A stretch of DNA of 64,000 nt. Source: Eledone cirrhosa. Its lineage: Eukaryota. Location: assembly GCA_964016885.1 (NCBI GenBank), contig OZ024741.1:8432001-8496000 (forward strand). The letters run 5' to 3'. Below, in pieces: positions 1 to 15,300 of the stretch (positions are counted from its first letter, which is position 1; the number at the start of each line of letters is the position of its first letter). The notes below the pieces were generated by a model, which was given only the letters and a program-made list of their open reading frames with translations, was not told the origin of the DNA and ran no database searches. The position numbers and the translations under genes were made by a program.

Positions 1-3000
1 AACAGTAACAACAATAACCACAACAACAAGCACAATAACAACAAACACAACAGTAACAACAATAACCACAACAACAACCACAACAGTAACAACAATAACC
101 ACAACAACCACAACAGTAACAACAATAACCACAACAACAACCACAACAGTAACAACAATAACCACAACAACCACAACAGTAACAACAATAACCACAGCAA
201 CCACAACAGTAACAACAATAACCACAACAACAACCACAACAGAAACAACAATAACCACAACAACAAGCACAATAACAACAAACACAACAGTAACAACAAT
301 AACCACAACAACAACCACAACAGTAACAACAATAACCACAACAACAAGCACAATAACAACAAACACAACAATAACAACAACAGTAACAACAACAACAACA
401 ACAGTAACAACGATAACCACAACAACAACCACAACAGTAACAATAATAACCACAACAACCACAACAGTAACAACAATAACCACAACAACAACCACAACAG
501 TAACAACAATAACCACAACAACAAGCACAACAGTAACAACAATAACCACAACAACCACAACAGTAACAACAATAACCACAACAACAACCACAACAGTAAC
601 AACAATAACCACAACAACAAGCACAATAACAACAACCACAACAGTAACAACAATAACCACAACAGTAACAACAATAACCACAACAACAAACACAACAGTA
701 ACAACAATAACCACAACAACCACAACAGTAACAACAATAACCACAACAACAACCACAACAGTAACAACAACAACCACAACAACAAGCACAACAGTAACAA
801 CAATAACCACAACAACCACAACAGTAACAACAATAACCACAACAACAACCACAACAGTAACAACAATAACCACATTAACAAGCACAATAACAACAACCAC
901 AACAGTAACAACAATAACCACAACAACAACCACAACAGTAACAACAATAACCACAACAACAAGCACAATAACAACAAACACAACAGTAACAACAAGAACA
1001 ATAACAACAACCACAACAGTAACAACAATAACCACAACAACAACCACAACAGGAACAACAAGCACAATAACAACAACCACAACAGTAACAACAATAACCA
1101 CAACAACAACCACAACAGTAACAACAATAACCACAACAACAACCACAACAGTAACAACAAGCACAATAACAACAAACACAACAGTAACAACAATAACCAC
1201 AACAACAACCACAACAGTAACAACAATAACCACAACAACAACCACAACAGTAACAGCAATAACCACAACAACAAGTACAATAACAACAAACACAACAGTA
1301 ACAACAATAACCACAACAACAACCACAACAGTAACAATAATAACCACAACAACCACAACAGTAACAACAATAACCACAACAACAAGCACAACAGTAACAA
1401 CAATAACCACAACAACAAGCACAACAGTAACAACAATAACCACAACAACAACCACAACAGTAACAACAATAACCACAACAACCACAACAGTAACAACAAT
1501 AACCACAACAACAAGCACAACAGTAACAACAATAACCACAACAACAACCACAACAGTAACAACAATAACCACAACAACAACCACAACAGTAACAACAATA
1601 ACCACAAGCACAACAGTAACAACAATAACCACAACAACAAGCACAATAACAACAAACGCAACAGTAACAACAATAACCACAACAACAACCACAACAGTAA
1701 CAACAATAACCACAACAACCACAACAGTAACAACAATAACCACAACAACAACCACAACAGTAACAACAATAACCACAACAACAACCACAACAGTAACAAC
1801 AATAACCACAACAACAACCACAACAGTAACAACAATAACCACAACAACAAGCACAATAACAACAAACACAACAGTAACAACAATAACCACAACAACCACA
1901 ACAGTAACAACAATAACCACAACAACAACCACAACAGTAACAACAATAACCACAACAACAACCACAACAGTAACAACAATAACCACAACAACAAGCACAA
2001 TAACAACAAACACAACAGTAACAACAATAACCACAACAACAGTAACAACAATAACCACAACAACAACCACAACAGTAACAATAATAACCACAACAACAAG
2101 CACAATAACAACAACCACAACAGTAACAACAATAACCACAACAACCACAACAGTAACAACAATAACTACAACAACAACCACAACAGTAACAATAACCACA
2201 ACAAGCACAACAGTAACAACAATAACCACAACAACAAGCACAATAACAACAAACACAACAGTAACAACAATAACCACAACAACAAGCACAATAACAACAA
2301 ACACAACAGTAACAACAATAACCACAACAACAAGCACAATAACAACAAACACAACAGTAACAACAATAACCACAACAACAAGCACAATAACAACAAACAC
2401 AACAGTAACAACAATAACCACAACAACAACCACAACAGTAACAACAATAACCACAACAACAACCAAACAGTAACAACAATAACCACAACAACAACCACAA
2501 CAGTAACAACAATAACCACAACAACCACAACAGTAACAACAAGCACAATAACAACAACCACAACAGTAACAACAATAACCACAACAACAACCACAACAGT
2601 AACAACAATAACAACAACCACAACAGTAACAACAATAACCACAACAACAAGCACAATAACAACAAACACAACAGTAACAACAATAACCACAACAACAAGC
2701 ACAATAACAACAAACACAACAGTAACAACAATAACCACAACAACAACCACAACAGTAACAACAATAACCACAACAACAACCAAACAGTAACAACAATAAC
2801 CACAACAACAACCACAACAGTAACAACAATAACCACAACAACAACCAAACAGTAACAACAATAACCACAACAACAACCACAACAGTAACAACAATAACCA
2901 CAACAACAACCAAACAGTAACAACAATAACCACAACAACAACCACAACAGTAACAACAATAACCACAACAACCACAACAGTAACAACAAGCACAATAACA

Positions 3001-3070
3001 ACAACCACAACAGTAACAACAATAACCACAACAACAACCACAACAGTAACAACAATAACAACAACCACAA
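1..3070. repeat. Complex (AAC)n-derived minisatellite (ACAACAGTAACAACAATAACC variants), truncated by window start
   Basis: Direct reading; recurring ~27-30 bp modules built from AAC triplets. ORFs here are artefacts. Confidence 0.95.
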
Positions 3071-3119
3071 CATTACCAGCGGCCACAACTGTAACAACAA
3101 CGACAACAATAACAACACC

Positions 3120-3325
3120 AACAACCACATCATCATCATCATCACCACCACCATCATCATCATCACCACCACCATCACCACCACCATCATCATCACCACT
3201 ACCATCACCTTCACCACCCCCATCATCACCATCACCACCACCACTACCACCACCATCACCATCCCCACCACCATCACCATCACCATCACCATCACCACCA
3301 TCACCATCACCATCACCATCATAAC
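3120..3325. repeat. (CAC/CAT)n trinucleotide repeat
   Basis: Direct reading. Confidence 0.95.
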
Positions 3326-3519
3326 CTATACCACACACAAAGCTAGCACCATACTGTTTTCAGTCATCGCTTGAAATAGAGAAGACTATAATTTTCCAGT
3401 TTATTTTTACCTTATTGATATGAATCATCGATTAAATCATATATAATGCCACATGAAGCTGTGGCCTTCATCCCTTTCCCGAAGACATTAAATAATATTT
3501 CAATGTATTATTATATTTG

Positions 3520-3712
3520 GTGGTGGATTGGCAGTATCGGTAGAGGGTCAGACGCCATGCTTTAACGCATAGAGTTACGGCCCTTGCCATTCTTCATTCA
3601 AATCCCGCCGAGGTTAACTTTGCCTTTCATCCTTACGGGGTCGATTAAATAAACTACCAGTAATACACTGGGATAATTGCTGGACTTGTGCCAAAAGTAG
3701 AAACAATTATTA
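3520..3712 (+). mobile_element. tRNA-derived SINE, family A (Octopus-type)
   Basis: A-box-like TGGCAGTATCGG, B-box-like TTCAAATCCC, body CTTTGCCTTTCATCCTTACGGGGTCGAT...TGTGCCAAAAGTAGAAACAATTATT shared with at least 6 other copies in the window. Confidence 0.8.
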
Positions 3713-3899
3713 TATTTGGGAGGGCCATGCCAACAGTAAAAACAACAGTTTCATTAAGTTTTATTACGGTTTTATTATGAGTTAATCAACACATCCATCT
3801 CTCTCTTGTTTAATTGTCAAAGATCTTTCGTCACACATTATGTGACATTCTCAATGTATATTCTTCATCATCTCGGTATACTTATCGTTTTTATTTTAA

Positions 3900-6125
3900 C
3901 ACCACCACCACCACCACCACCACCACCACCACCAACACCACCACCACCAACACCCCAACACCACCACCAACACCACCACCACCACCAACACCAACAACAC
4001 CAACACCACCACTTCCACCACCACCACCACCACCACCACCACCACCACCATCACAACCACCAACATCACAACCACCAACACCACCACCACCACCAACACC
4101 ACCGTAACTAACAACACCAACAACACCACCACCACCACCACCACAAACACCACCAACAACACCAACAACACCAACACCACCACCACCACCAACACCACCA
4201 CCACCAACAACACCAACACCACCACCACCACCACCACCACCACCAACACCACCACCACCACCAACACCACCACCAACAACACCACCACCAACACCACCAC
4301 CAACCACCATCACCACCACCACCAACAACACCAACAACACCACCACCACCACCAACACCAACACCACCACCACCGACACCACCGCCATTAACAACACCAA
4401 CAACACCACCACCACCACCACCAACACCACCAACAACACCAACAAAACCAACACCAACACCACCACCACCACCACCACCACCACCACCACCACCACCAAC
4501 AACAACACCAACACCACCAACACCACCACCACCAACAACACCACCACCACCAACACCAAAACCAACAATACCAACACCACCACCACCACCAACAACAACA
4601 ACACCAACAACACCAACAACACCACCACCACCACCACCACCACCACCACCAACACCACCACCACCAACAACACCAACAACACAACCACCACCACCACCAC
4701 CACCACCAACACCAACAACACCAACAACACCAACAACACAACCAACACCACCACCACCACCACCAACACCACCACCAACACCACCACCACCACCACCACC
4801 AACACCACCACCACCACCACCAACACCACCACCAACCACCAACAACACCACCACCACCACCAACACCACCACCATCAACACCACCAACAACACCACCACC
4901 ACCACCAACACCACCAACACCACCAACACCACCACCACCACCACCACCACCAACACCACCACCACCACCAACACCACCACCACCACCAACACCACCAACA
5001 CCACCACGACCACCACCACCACCAACACCACCAACACCCACCACCAACACCACCACCACCACCACCAACACCACCACCACCACCAACACCACCACCACCA
5101 ACACCACCAACAACACCACCACCACCACCAACACCACCAACACCACCAACAACACCACCACCACCACCACCACCACCACCAACACCACCACCACCACCAA
5201 CGCCACCAACAGCACCACCACCAACAACACCACCACCACCACCACCACCACCAACACCACCAACAACACCACCACCACCACCACCAACACCCCCAACAAC
5301 ACCAACACCACCACCACCAACAACACCCACAACACCACCACCACCACCACCACCACCACCACCACCACCACCACCAACACCAACAACAACACCACCAACA
5401 CCACCACCACCAACACCACCAATAACACCACCAACACCACCACCACCACCAACGCCACCAACAGCACCACCACCAACAACACCACCACCACCACCACCAC
5501 CACCAACACCACCAACAACACCACCACCACCACCACCAACACCCCCAACAACACCAACACCACCACCACCAACAACACCCACAACACCACCACCACCACC
5601 ACCACCACCACCACCACCACCACCACCACCAACACCAACAACAACACCACCAACACCACCACCACCAACACCACCAATAACACCACCAACACCACCACCA
5701 CCACCACCACCACCACCAACACCACCAACACCAACAACAACACCACCAACACCACCACCACCACCAACACCACCAACAACACCACCAACACCACCACCAC
5801 CACCACCACCAACACCACCACCACCAACACCACCACCACCACCACCAACACCACCACCACCACCACCACCAACACCACCACCACCAACACCAACACCACC
5901 ACCACCAACACCACCAATAACACCACCAACACCACCACCACCACCACCACCACCACCAACACCACCAACACCAACAACAACACCACCAACACCACCACCA
6001 CCACCAACACCACCACCAACACCACCAACACCACCACCACCACCACCACCAACACCACCACCACCAACACCACCACCACCACCACCAACACCACCAACAA
6101 CACCACCACCACCAACAACAACAAC
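3900..6125. repeat. (CAC/CAA)n compound trinucleotide repeat
   Basis: Direct reading. Confidence 0.95.
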
Positions 6126-6442
6126 TTCCGATGGTTTTCACCCCCCCCCCCTCACGGGCCACATCCCTACTCTTGTTCTCAGCGTGGAGTTGGCCGCCCG
6201 CAGGTGAGGGCCCCGCGAGGTGGCGTGGTTGTCTCAGCGCGTCTCGCCACCCCCCGGGTCAGTGTCTTCTGGAGCAGGTCCCTGGGGTAGAGTGTAAGTT
6301 AGGTGGAGGAGACACATCTGGACGTCACTTGTACAACTAGTAGTTTAAAATATAAACTACTAGTTACTGTGTGAAACAATAAGGTAGTAAGACAACAGCT
6401 GTAGGGGAGGGGCAGTAAGAGGACTACACCACCCTAGTATAT

Positions 6443-6516
6443 GACTGGTACTTTATTTCTTCGACCTCGGAAAGGAGGAAAGTTGACCTCGGTGGAAATT
6501 GAACTCAGAATGTAAA
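6443..6516 (-). mobile_element. SINE family A fragment
   Basis: ACTGGTACTTTATT...GTTGACCTCGG...TTGAACTCAGAATG matches the reverse complement of the SINE A core. Confidence 0.65.
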
Positions 6517-6534
6517 AAACCTGAACAAATACCT

Positions 6535-8527
6535 TCACCACCACCACCACTATCACCACCACCACCATCACCAACACCATCATTATCACCACCACCACCA
6601 CCATCACCACCACCACCACCACCACCACCACCACCACCATCACCATCACTATCACCACCACCAACACCACCACCACCACCACCACCATCACCACCACCAC
6701 CATCACCATCATCACCACCACCACCACCATCACCATCACCACCACCATCACCATCACCACCACCACCACCACCATCACCATCATCACCACCACCATCACC
6801 TTCACCATCACCACCACCATCACCATCACCACCACCACCACCACCATCACCATCACCATCATCACCACCACCATCACCTTCACCATCACCACCATAACCT
6901 TCACCACCACCACCACCACCACCACCACCACCACCATCACCACCATCACCACCACCATCACCACCACCACCACCACCACCACCATCACCACCACCACCAC
7001 CATCACCACCACCACCACCACCATCACCATCACCATCACCACCACCACCACCACCATCACCATCACCACCACCACCACCACCACCACCACCACCACCATC
7101 ACCACCACCACCACCACCATCACCACCACCACCACCACCACCACCACCATCACCACCATCACCACCACCATCACCACCACCACCACCACCACCACCATCA
7201 CCACCACCACCACCACCATCACCACCACCACCACCACCATCACCACCACCACCACCACCACCACCACCATCACCACCATCACCACCACCATCACCACCAC
7301 CACCACCACCATCACCACCACCACCACCACCACCACCATCACCACCACCACCACCACCATCACCACCACCACCACCACCACCACCATCACCACCACCACC
7401 ACCACCATCACCATCACCATCACCACCACCACCACCACCATCACCATCACCATCACCACCACCACCACCACCATCACCACCACCACCACCACCACCACCA
7501 TCACCACCACCACCACCACCATCACCACCACCACCACCACCACCACCACCATCACCACCATCACCACCACCATCACCACCACCACCACCACCACCACCAT
7601 CACCACCACCACCACCACCACCACCACCATCACCACCACCACCACCACCATCACCATCACCATCACCACCACCACCACCACCACCACCATCACCACCACC
7701 ACCACCACCACCACCATCACCACCATCACCACCACCACCACCACCATCACCACCATCATCATCACCATCACCACCACCACCATCACCACCATCATCATCA
7801 CCATCACCATCACCACCACCACCACCACCACCACCACCATCACCACCACCACCACCACCATCATCATCACCATCACCACCACCACCACCACCACCACCAT
7901 CACCACCACCACCAACACCACCACCATCACCACCACCACCACCACCACCACCATCACCACCACCATCACCACCATCACCACCATCATCATCACCACCATC
8001 ACCACCACCACCACCACCACCACCACCACCACCACCATCACCACCACCACCACCACCACCATCACCACCACCACCACCACCACCACCACCGTCACCACCA
8101 TCACCACCACCATCACCACCATCACCACCACCACCACCACCATCACCACCACCACCACCACCACCACCACCACCATCACCACCACCACCACCACCACCAC
8201 CACCACCACCATCACCACCACCACCACCACCACCATCACCACCATCACCACCACCACCACCACCATCACCATCACCACCACCACCACCACCACCACCACC
8301 ACCATCACCACCACCACCATCACCATCACTACCACCACCACCACCACCACCACCACCACCACCACCATCACCATCACCACCACCACCACCACCACCACCA
8401 CCATCACCACCACCACCACCATCACCACCATCATCACCACCACCACCACCATCACCACCATCATCATCACCACCATCACCACCACCACCACCACCACCAC
8501 CACCACCACCACCACCACCACCACCAC
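6535..8527. repeat. (CAC/CAT)n trinucleotide repeat
   Basis: Direct reading. Confidence 0.95.
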
Positions 8528-8569
8528 AGAGATGTCAACATCTTCTTCACCGTCACATGAGTACAAGAA

Positions 8570-9470
8570 CACTACACACCCCACTACAACTCCCCCCCCC
8601 CCACTACAACTACTCCCCCCCACTACAACTCCCCCCCCCCCCCACTACAACTACTCCCCCCACCCCACTACAACTACTCCCCCCACTCAACTACAACTAC
8701 TCCCCCACCCCACTACAACTACTCCCCCCACCCCACTACAACTCCTCCCCCATCCCCCACTACAACTACTCCCCCATCCCCCACTACAACTACTCCCCCC
8801 CACTACAACTACTCCCCCACACTACAACTACTCCCCCACCCCACTACAACTACTCCCCCCACTCAACTACTCCCCCACCCCACTACAACTACTCCCCTAC
8901 ACCCCACTACAACTACTCCCCCATCCTCCCACTACAACTACTCCCCCACACCCCACTACAACTACTCCCCCACACCCCAATACAACTACTCCCCCACACC
9001 CCACTACAACTCCTCCCCCATCCTCCCAATACAACTACTCCCCCACACCCCAAATACAACTACTCCCCCACACCCCACTACAACTACTCCCCCACACCTC
9101 ACTACAACTACTCCCCCCACTACAACTACTCCCCACCCACCCACTACAACTACTCCCCCACACACCACCACAACTACCCCCCCATAACAACTACTCCCCC
9201 ACACCTCACTACAACTACTCCCCCACCCCACTACAACTACTCCCCCACACCTCAGTACCACAACTCACCCACACACCACCACAACTACCCCCCCATAACA
9301 ACTACTCCCCCACCCCACTACAACTACCCCCCACACCTCACTACCACAACTCCCCCACACCCCACTACAACTACCCCCCATAACAACTACTCCCCCACCC
9401 CACTACAACTACCCCCCACACCTCACTACCACAACTCCCCCACACCCCACTACAACTATGCTACCCACCC
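8570..9470. repeat. C-rich minisatellite, ~20-24 bp unit CCCCACTACAACTACTCCCCCA
   Basis: Direct reading; the G-rich opposite strand has runs of G4-G5. Confidence 0.9.
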
Positions 9471-9608
9471 CTACACATTCCCCCAACATTCACCGACGAT
9501 GGAACCCTCTCTCCTCATTGCGTGGGAAACAAACTCCAACCTATCAAACCCAATGGAGGTTGAGTGATTAATGGTGACATACAACACACCACCACCACCA
9601 CCACCACC

Positions 9609-9641
<33 letters not shown>

Positions 9642-9849
9642 TGTCCGGAAGTGACGGTGGGGAATGGCAGACCCTGGGTGTGTGTTGAGAGGAAGAGAGG
9701 TAGGTATCCTTAAATCAGAGACCTGATCCGAATGGAATGGATCCCCGTCGGTTTCGATGATGATCATTGAAGGTATTCGATCAACGTTACAGCCTTACTA
9801 TGAAATTAACTTGTGAGTAATTTAGTTTTACACAGACACGTGTAGATTA

Positions 9850-10065
9850 ACGTAATTCTAAGCGAGATTTAGCGTGACAGAGTGTGACAAAGTGGGACAT
9901 TTGAATTACGGGGTTCCACACAGTTACCGTCCGCCAAATTTCATTCACAAGGCAGACGTGGAGTTGAAGATATGGTAAATGACGCTTACCCAACATGCTA
10001 TGCGGCGGAGTTGAACCCAGAGCCTAAGGATTGCAAAGGGAACATGTTAGCTACTCAGCCATGCT
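9850..10065 (-). mobile_element. Degenerate tRNA-derived SINE, family B
   Basis: Reverse complement has a TGGCTGAGTAG...GGGTTCAACTCC tRNA-like head; tail GTGACAGAGTGTGACAA shared with copies at ~52.4 kb and ~56.3 kb. Confidence 0.6.
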
Positions 10066-10299
10066 GCGTCAACACGACCCTAACTCTTGCAACGTAGTAG
10101 ACTCTGTTGAGGGCACCAAAGGTCAGGTGTTACAAATGTAAGATGCTGATAGTGGCAAAGACTCACTCTCTCTTATATACACCAGGTCTGAACACAAAAG
10201 AACCAAACTGCTACTGTCACCTCTTTCGTCTCTCCCGCTTTCCACATCTCTCACTATTGTGAGCAAATTGAGGCCCACGCGCTGGCTGCCCCGCTGCCG

Positions 10300-10580
10300 C
10301 GACGGATAGAATAGAGAAGGAATTTTCCAGGATGGTAAGGGAGACGCGCTGGAAGAGCCATTCCAGCTCGCGAGGCTCACATCTGCGGGTAGCCCACTCT
10401 TTGCCTTTGGTGGTGAGAAAGGGAGGTGACCCTAGGGCCAAGGACACCAGAAGTCTCCACTGCTACGGGCTCGACCGCAAACCTGTCGAAGAGCGACGGA
10501 TATTTGCAGAGTTTACCCTCCTCGACCCGAAGAGCAGCAGAGCCTGGGTTAGTCACAGGCTGCACCAGGTTGCCGCTTAA
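10300..10580 (-). pseudogene. CRE-clade non-LTR retrotransposon fragment (C-terminal restriction-like endonuclease region), frameshifted
   Basis: Minus-strand peptides GSAALRVEEGKLCKYPSL..FAVEPVAVETSGVLG and EPRELEWLFQRVSLTI match the CRE-type motif AA..E..K..KY..L...P.AVET.G..G ... WL.QR.S..I. Confidence 0.65.
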
Positions 10581-11512
10581 ACCAAGCGATGGATTAAATT
10601 CTACCACCCAAGTAGGCTACAAAGGGATGTAAACGTAGAACTCAAAGGGACTAATAGATATTGGAAGACATCTCGTCTAGTTCTGTATATTAGTATGGCA
10701 TGGTCACGTAACATCTGATGAAGTCTTAGGGTCACCACATTGACATATGGTGTTTCTAGGCCACTTTTTAAACTTGGCGGAGCCCAATCCTATAAACGTC
10801 AAAAGTCAGCAAGTAAAGTTGACCTCTTGACCTCGGTGACGGTTGAAATCAGAATGCAGAGAATAAATATTGCAATAAATATTGTAATTCGCTCGTCTAT
10901 AACCTGTTCGCTCTATACAGGAACGGATTTAATAGTGGGTAAAGGGGACAATTGCCCAGGACCCCTACAGTGTGTGTGTGTACGTGTGGGGGGGGGGGGG
11001 GGCACTGGCGACGGCGGTAGCAATATATTTGTTCCCTCTTGTGGGCTTTTTAGTTTTAGGATGGTTAGATATTTCTAAATTAGATACCTGTATATATAAC
11101 TTCAATTCCAATTACTTGCACCAAGCTAACCACCTTGGTGTTCGTGGTGAGAGCTTACCTAGGGCTGAACACCATCAACAGCTACCACTACAGCGCCACC
11201 TACAGCTACCACTACAGCGCCACCTGCAGGCAAAGCTCTGATAATAATATAATTAAGAAACATCAAAAGAAAAAGAAAATATATACAAGCGAGATTATAA
11301 AAAACTACAAAAATAAAAAATAAAATAAAATAAATTGTTGTTAATTAATTCATCTCAGTTTAACTCCACCTTACTAATTATAAAACAAACCACATCCAGT
11401 CATATTAATTAGTAATTATGTTAATTACTAGATTAATATCCGTGTGTTATCTGGATGAAAGCAGCCGAAAGGAAAAAGAAAGCGATTTGGATTGACAGAA
11501 AACAACCGAAAC

Positions 11513-11745
11513 ACACATACATATACATACATAAATACATATATAGAAATATATACATACATACATAGACATATATACATACATACATATATACATAGAC
11601 ATATATACATGCATACATACATATACACATACACATATATACATACATACATACATACATACATACACATATATACATACACAGACATATATACCTATAT
11701 GCATATACACATATATACATACACATACATACATACATACATACA

Positions 11746-11779
<34 letters not shown>

Positions 11780-12310
11780 CATACATACATACATACACAT
11801 ATATACATACATACATACATAGACATATATACCTACATACATATACACATATATACACATATATACATACATACATATACACATACACATATATACATAC
11901 ATACATATATACATATACATATATACATACATACATATATAGACATATACATACATATACACATATACATATATACATAGATATACACATACACATATAT
12001 ACATACATACATATACACATACACATATATACATACATACATATACACGTACACATACATACATACATACATATACACGTACACATACATACATACATAC
12101 ATACATACATACATACATACATACATACATACATAGACATATATACATGCATACATACATACATATACACACGTATATACATACATAGACATATATACAT
12201 ATATATATACACACACGTATATACATACATGCATACACACACGTATATACATACGTACATGCACGCGCGTACATAAGCACCCACAAACAGCCACACATAC
12301 ATACACACCT
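11513..12310. repeat. (ATAC/AT/AC)n microsatellite
   Basis: Direct reading. Confidence 0.95.
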
Positions 12311-15300
12311 TTATATAAAAGTACACAGGTAGAGGTGTATATAGGGTTAATGACTAGACCTCTACCTGTGTACCTTTACATAAGGGTACACAGGTAGAGG
12401 TGTCTAGTCATTGACCCCCAGACATCTACCTGTGTACCTTTACATAAGGGTACACAGGTAGAGGTGTCTCTAGGGTCAATGGCCCTGGACCTCTACCTGT
12501 GTACCTTTACATAAGGGTACACAGGTAGAGGTGTCTATGTCCATTGACCCCTGGACCTCTACCTGTGTACCTTTATATAACGGTACACAGGTAGAGGTGT
12601 CTAGTCATTGACCCCCAGACCTCTACCTGTGTACCTTTACATAAGGGTACACAGGTAGAGGTGTCTAGTCATTGACCCCTGGACCTCTACCTGTGTACCT
12701 TTATATAAGGGTACACAGGTAGAGGTGTCTAGTCATTGACCCCCAGACCTCTACCTGTGTAACTTTACATAAGGGTACACAGGTAGAGGTGTCTATGTCC
12801 ATTGACCCCTGGACCTCTACCTGTGTACCTTTATATAAGGGTACACAGGTAGAGGTGTCTAGTCATTGACCCCCAGACCTCTACCTGTGTACCTTTATAT
12901 AAGGGTACACATGTAGAGGTGTCTCTAGGGTCAATGGCCCTGGACCTCTACCTGTGTACCTTTATATAAGGGTACACAGGTAGAGGTGTCTATGTCCATT
13001 GACCCCTGGACCTCTACCTGTGTACCTTTATATAAGGGTACACAGGTAGAGGTGTCTATGTCCATTGACCCCTGGACCTCTACCTGTGTACCTTTATATA
13101 AGGGTACACAGGTAGAGGTGTCTAGTCATTGACCCCCAGACCTCTACCTGTGTACCTTTATATAAGGGTACACAGGTAGAGGTGTCTATGTCCATTGACC
13201 CCTGGACCTCTACCTGTGTACCTTTATATAAGGGTACACAGGTAGAGGTGTCTATGTCCATTGACCCCTGGACCTCTACCTGTGTACCTTTATATAAGGG
13301 TACACAGGTAGATGTGTCTATGGCCATTGACCCCCAGACCTCTACCTGTGTACCTTTATATAAGGGTACACAGGTAGAGGTGTCTCTAGGGACAATGGCC
13401 CTGGACCTCTACCTGTGTACCTTTACATAAGGGTACACAGGTAGAGGTGTCTATGGCCATTGACCCCCAGACCTCTACCTCTGTACCTTTACATAAGGGT
13501 ACACAGGTAGAGGTGTCTATGGCCATTGACCCCCAGACCTCTACCTGTGTACCTTTACATAAGGGTACACAGGTAGAGGTGTCTAGTCATTGACCCCCAG
13601 ACCTCTACCTGTGTACCTTTATATAAGGGTACACAGGTAGAGGTGTCTAGTCATTGACCCCCAGACCTCTACCTGTGTACCTTTATATAAGGGTACACAG
13701 GTAGAGGTGTCTATGTCCATTGACCCCTGGACCTCTACCTGTGTATTTTTATATAAGGGTACACAGGTAGAGGTGTCTATGTCCATTGACCCCTGGACCT
13801 CTACCTGTGTACCTTTATATAAGGGTACACAGGTAGAGGTGTCTAGTCATTGACCCCCACACCTCTACCTGTGTACCTTTATATAAGGGTACACAGGTAG
13901 AGGTGTCTATGTCCATTGACCCCTGGACCTCTACCTGTGTACCTTTATATAAGGGTACACAGGTAGAGGTGTCTAGTCATTGACCCCCAGACCTCTACCT
14001 GTGTACCTTTATATAAGGGTACACAGGTAGAGGTGTCTATGTCCATTGACCCCTGGACCTCTACCTGTGTACCTTTATATAAGGGTACACAGGTAGAGGT
14101 GTCTAGTCATTGACCCCCAGACCTCTACCTGTGTACCTTTATATAAGGGTACACAGGTAGAGGTGTCTAGTCATTGACCCCTGGACCTCTACCTGTGTAC
14201 CTTTATATAAGGGTACACAGGTAGAGGTGTCTATGTCCATTGACCCCTGAACCTCTACCTGTGTACCTTTATATAAGGGTACACAGGTAGAGGTGTCTAT
14301 GGCCATTGACCCCCAGACCTCTACCTGTGTACCTTTATATAAGGGTACACAGGTAGAGGTGTCTATGGCCATTGACCCCTGGACCTCTACCTGTGTACCT
14401 TTATATAAGGGTACACAGGTAGAGGTGTCTATGGCCATCGACCCCCAGACCTCTACCTGTGTACCTTTATATAAGGGTACACATGTAGAGGTGTCTCTAG
14501 GGTCAATGGCCCTGGACCTCTACCTGTGTACCTTTACATAAGGGTACACAGGTAGAGGTGTCTATGGCCATTGACCCCCAGACCTCTACATGTGTACCTT
14601 TACATAAGGGTACACAGGTAGAGGTGTCTAGTCATTGACCCCCAGACCTCTACCTGTGTACCTTTATATAAGGGTACCCAGGTAGAGGTGTCTATGGCCA
14701 TTGAGTCCCAGACCTCTACCTGTGTACCTTTATATAAGGGTACACAGGTAGAGGTGTCTATGGCCATTGACCCCCAGACCTCTACCTGTGTACCTTTATA
14801 TAAGGGTACACATGTAGAGGTGTCTCTAGGGTCAATGGCCCTGGACCTCTACCTGTGTACCTTTACATAAGGGTACACAGGTAGAGGTATCTATGGCCAT
14901 TGACCCCCAGACCTCTACCTGTGTACCTTTATATAAGGGTACACAGGTAGAGGTGTCTATGGCCATTGACTCCCAGACCTCTACCTGTGTACCTTTATAT
15001 AAGGGTACACAGGTAGAGGTGTCTATGGCCATTGACCCCCAGACCTCTACCTGTGTACCTTTACATAAGGGTACACAGGTAGAGGTGTCTAGTCATTGAC
15101 CCCCAGACCTCTACCTGTGTACCTTTATATAAGGGTACAAAGGTAGAGGTGTCTATGGCCATTGACTCCCAGACCTCTACCTGTGTAACTTTATATAAGG
15201 GTACACAGGTAGAGGTGTCTAGTCATTGACCCCCAGACCTCTACCTGTGTACCTTTATATAAGGGTACAAAGGTAGAGGTGTCTATGGCCATTGACTCCC

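Noticed and set aside
875-8623. Long Cys/Val/Trp/Gly-rich ORFs resembling keratin-associated or metallothionein-like proteins
   Set aside because: Translations of trinucleotide-derived repeats, open in several frames
9471-9767. 98-aa minus-strand ORF as a host exon
   Set aside because: Spans a microsatellite and has no recognisable domain or splice support
10711-10775. CTGATGA followed by a hairpin (possible HHR)
   Set aside because: No GAAA box or stem I partner
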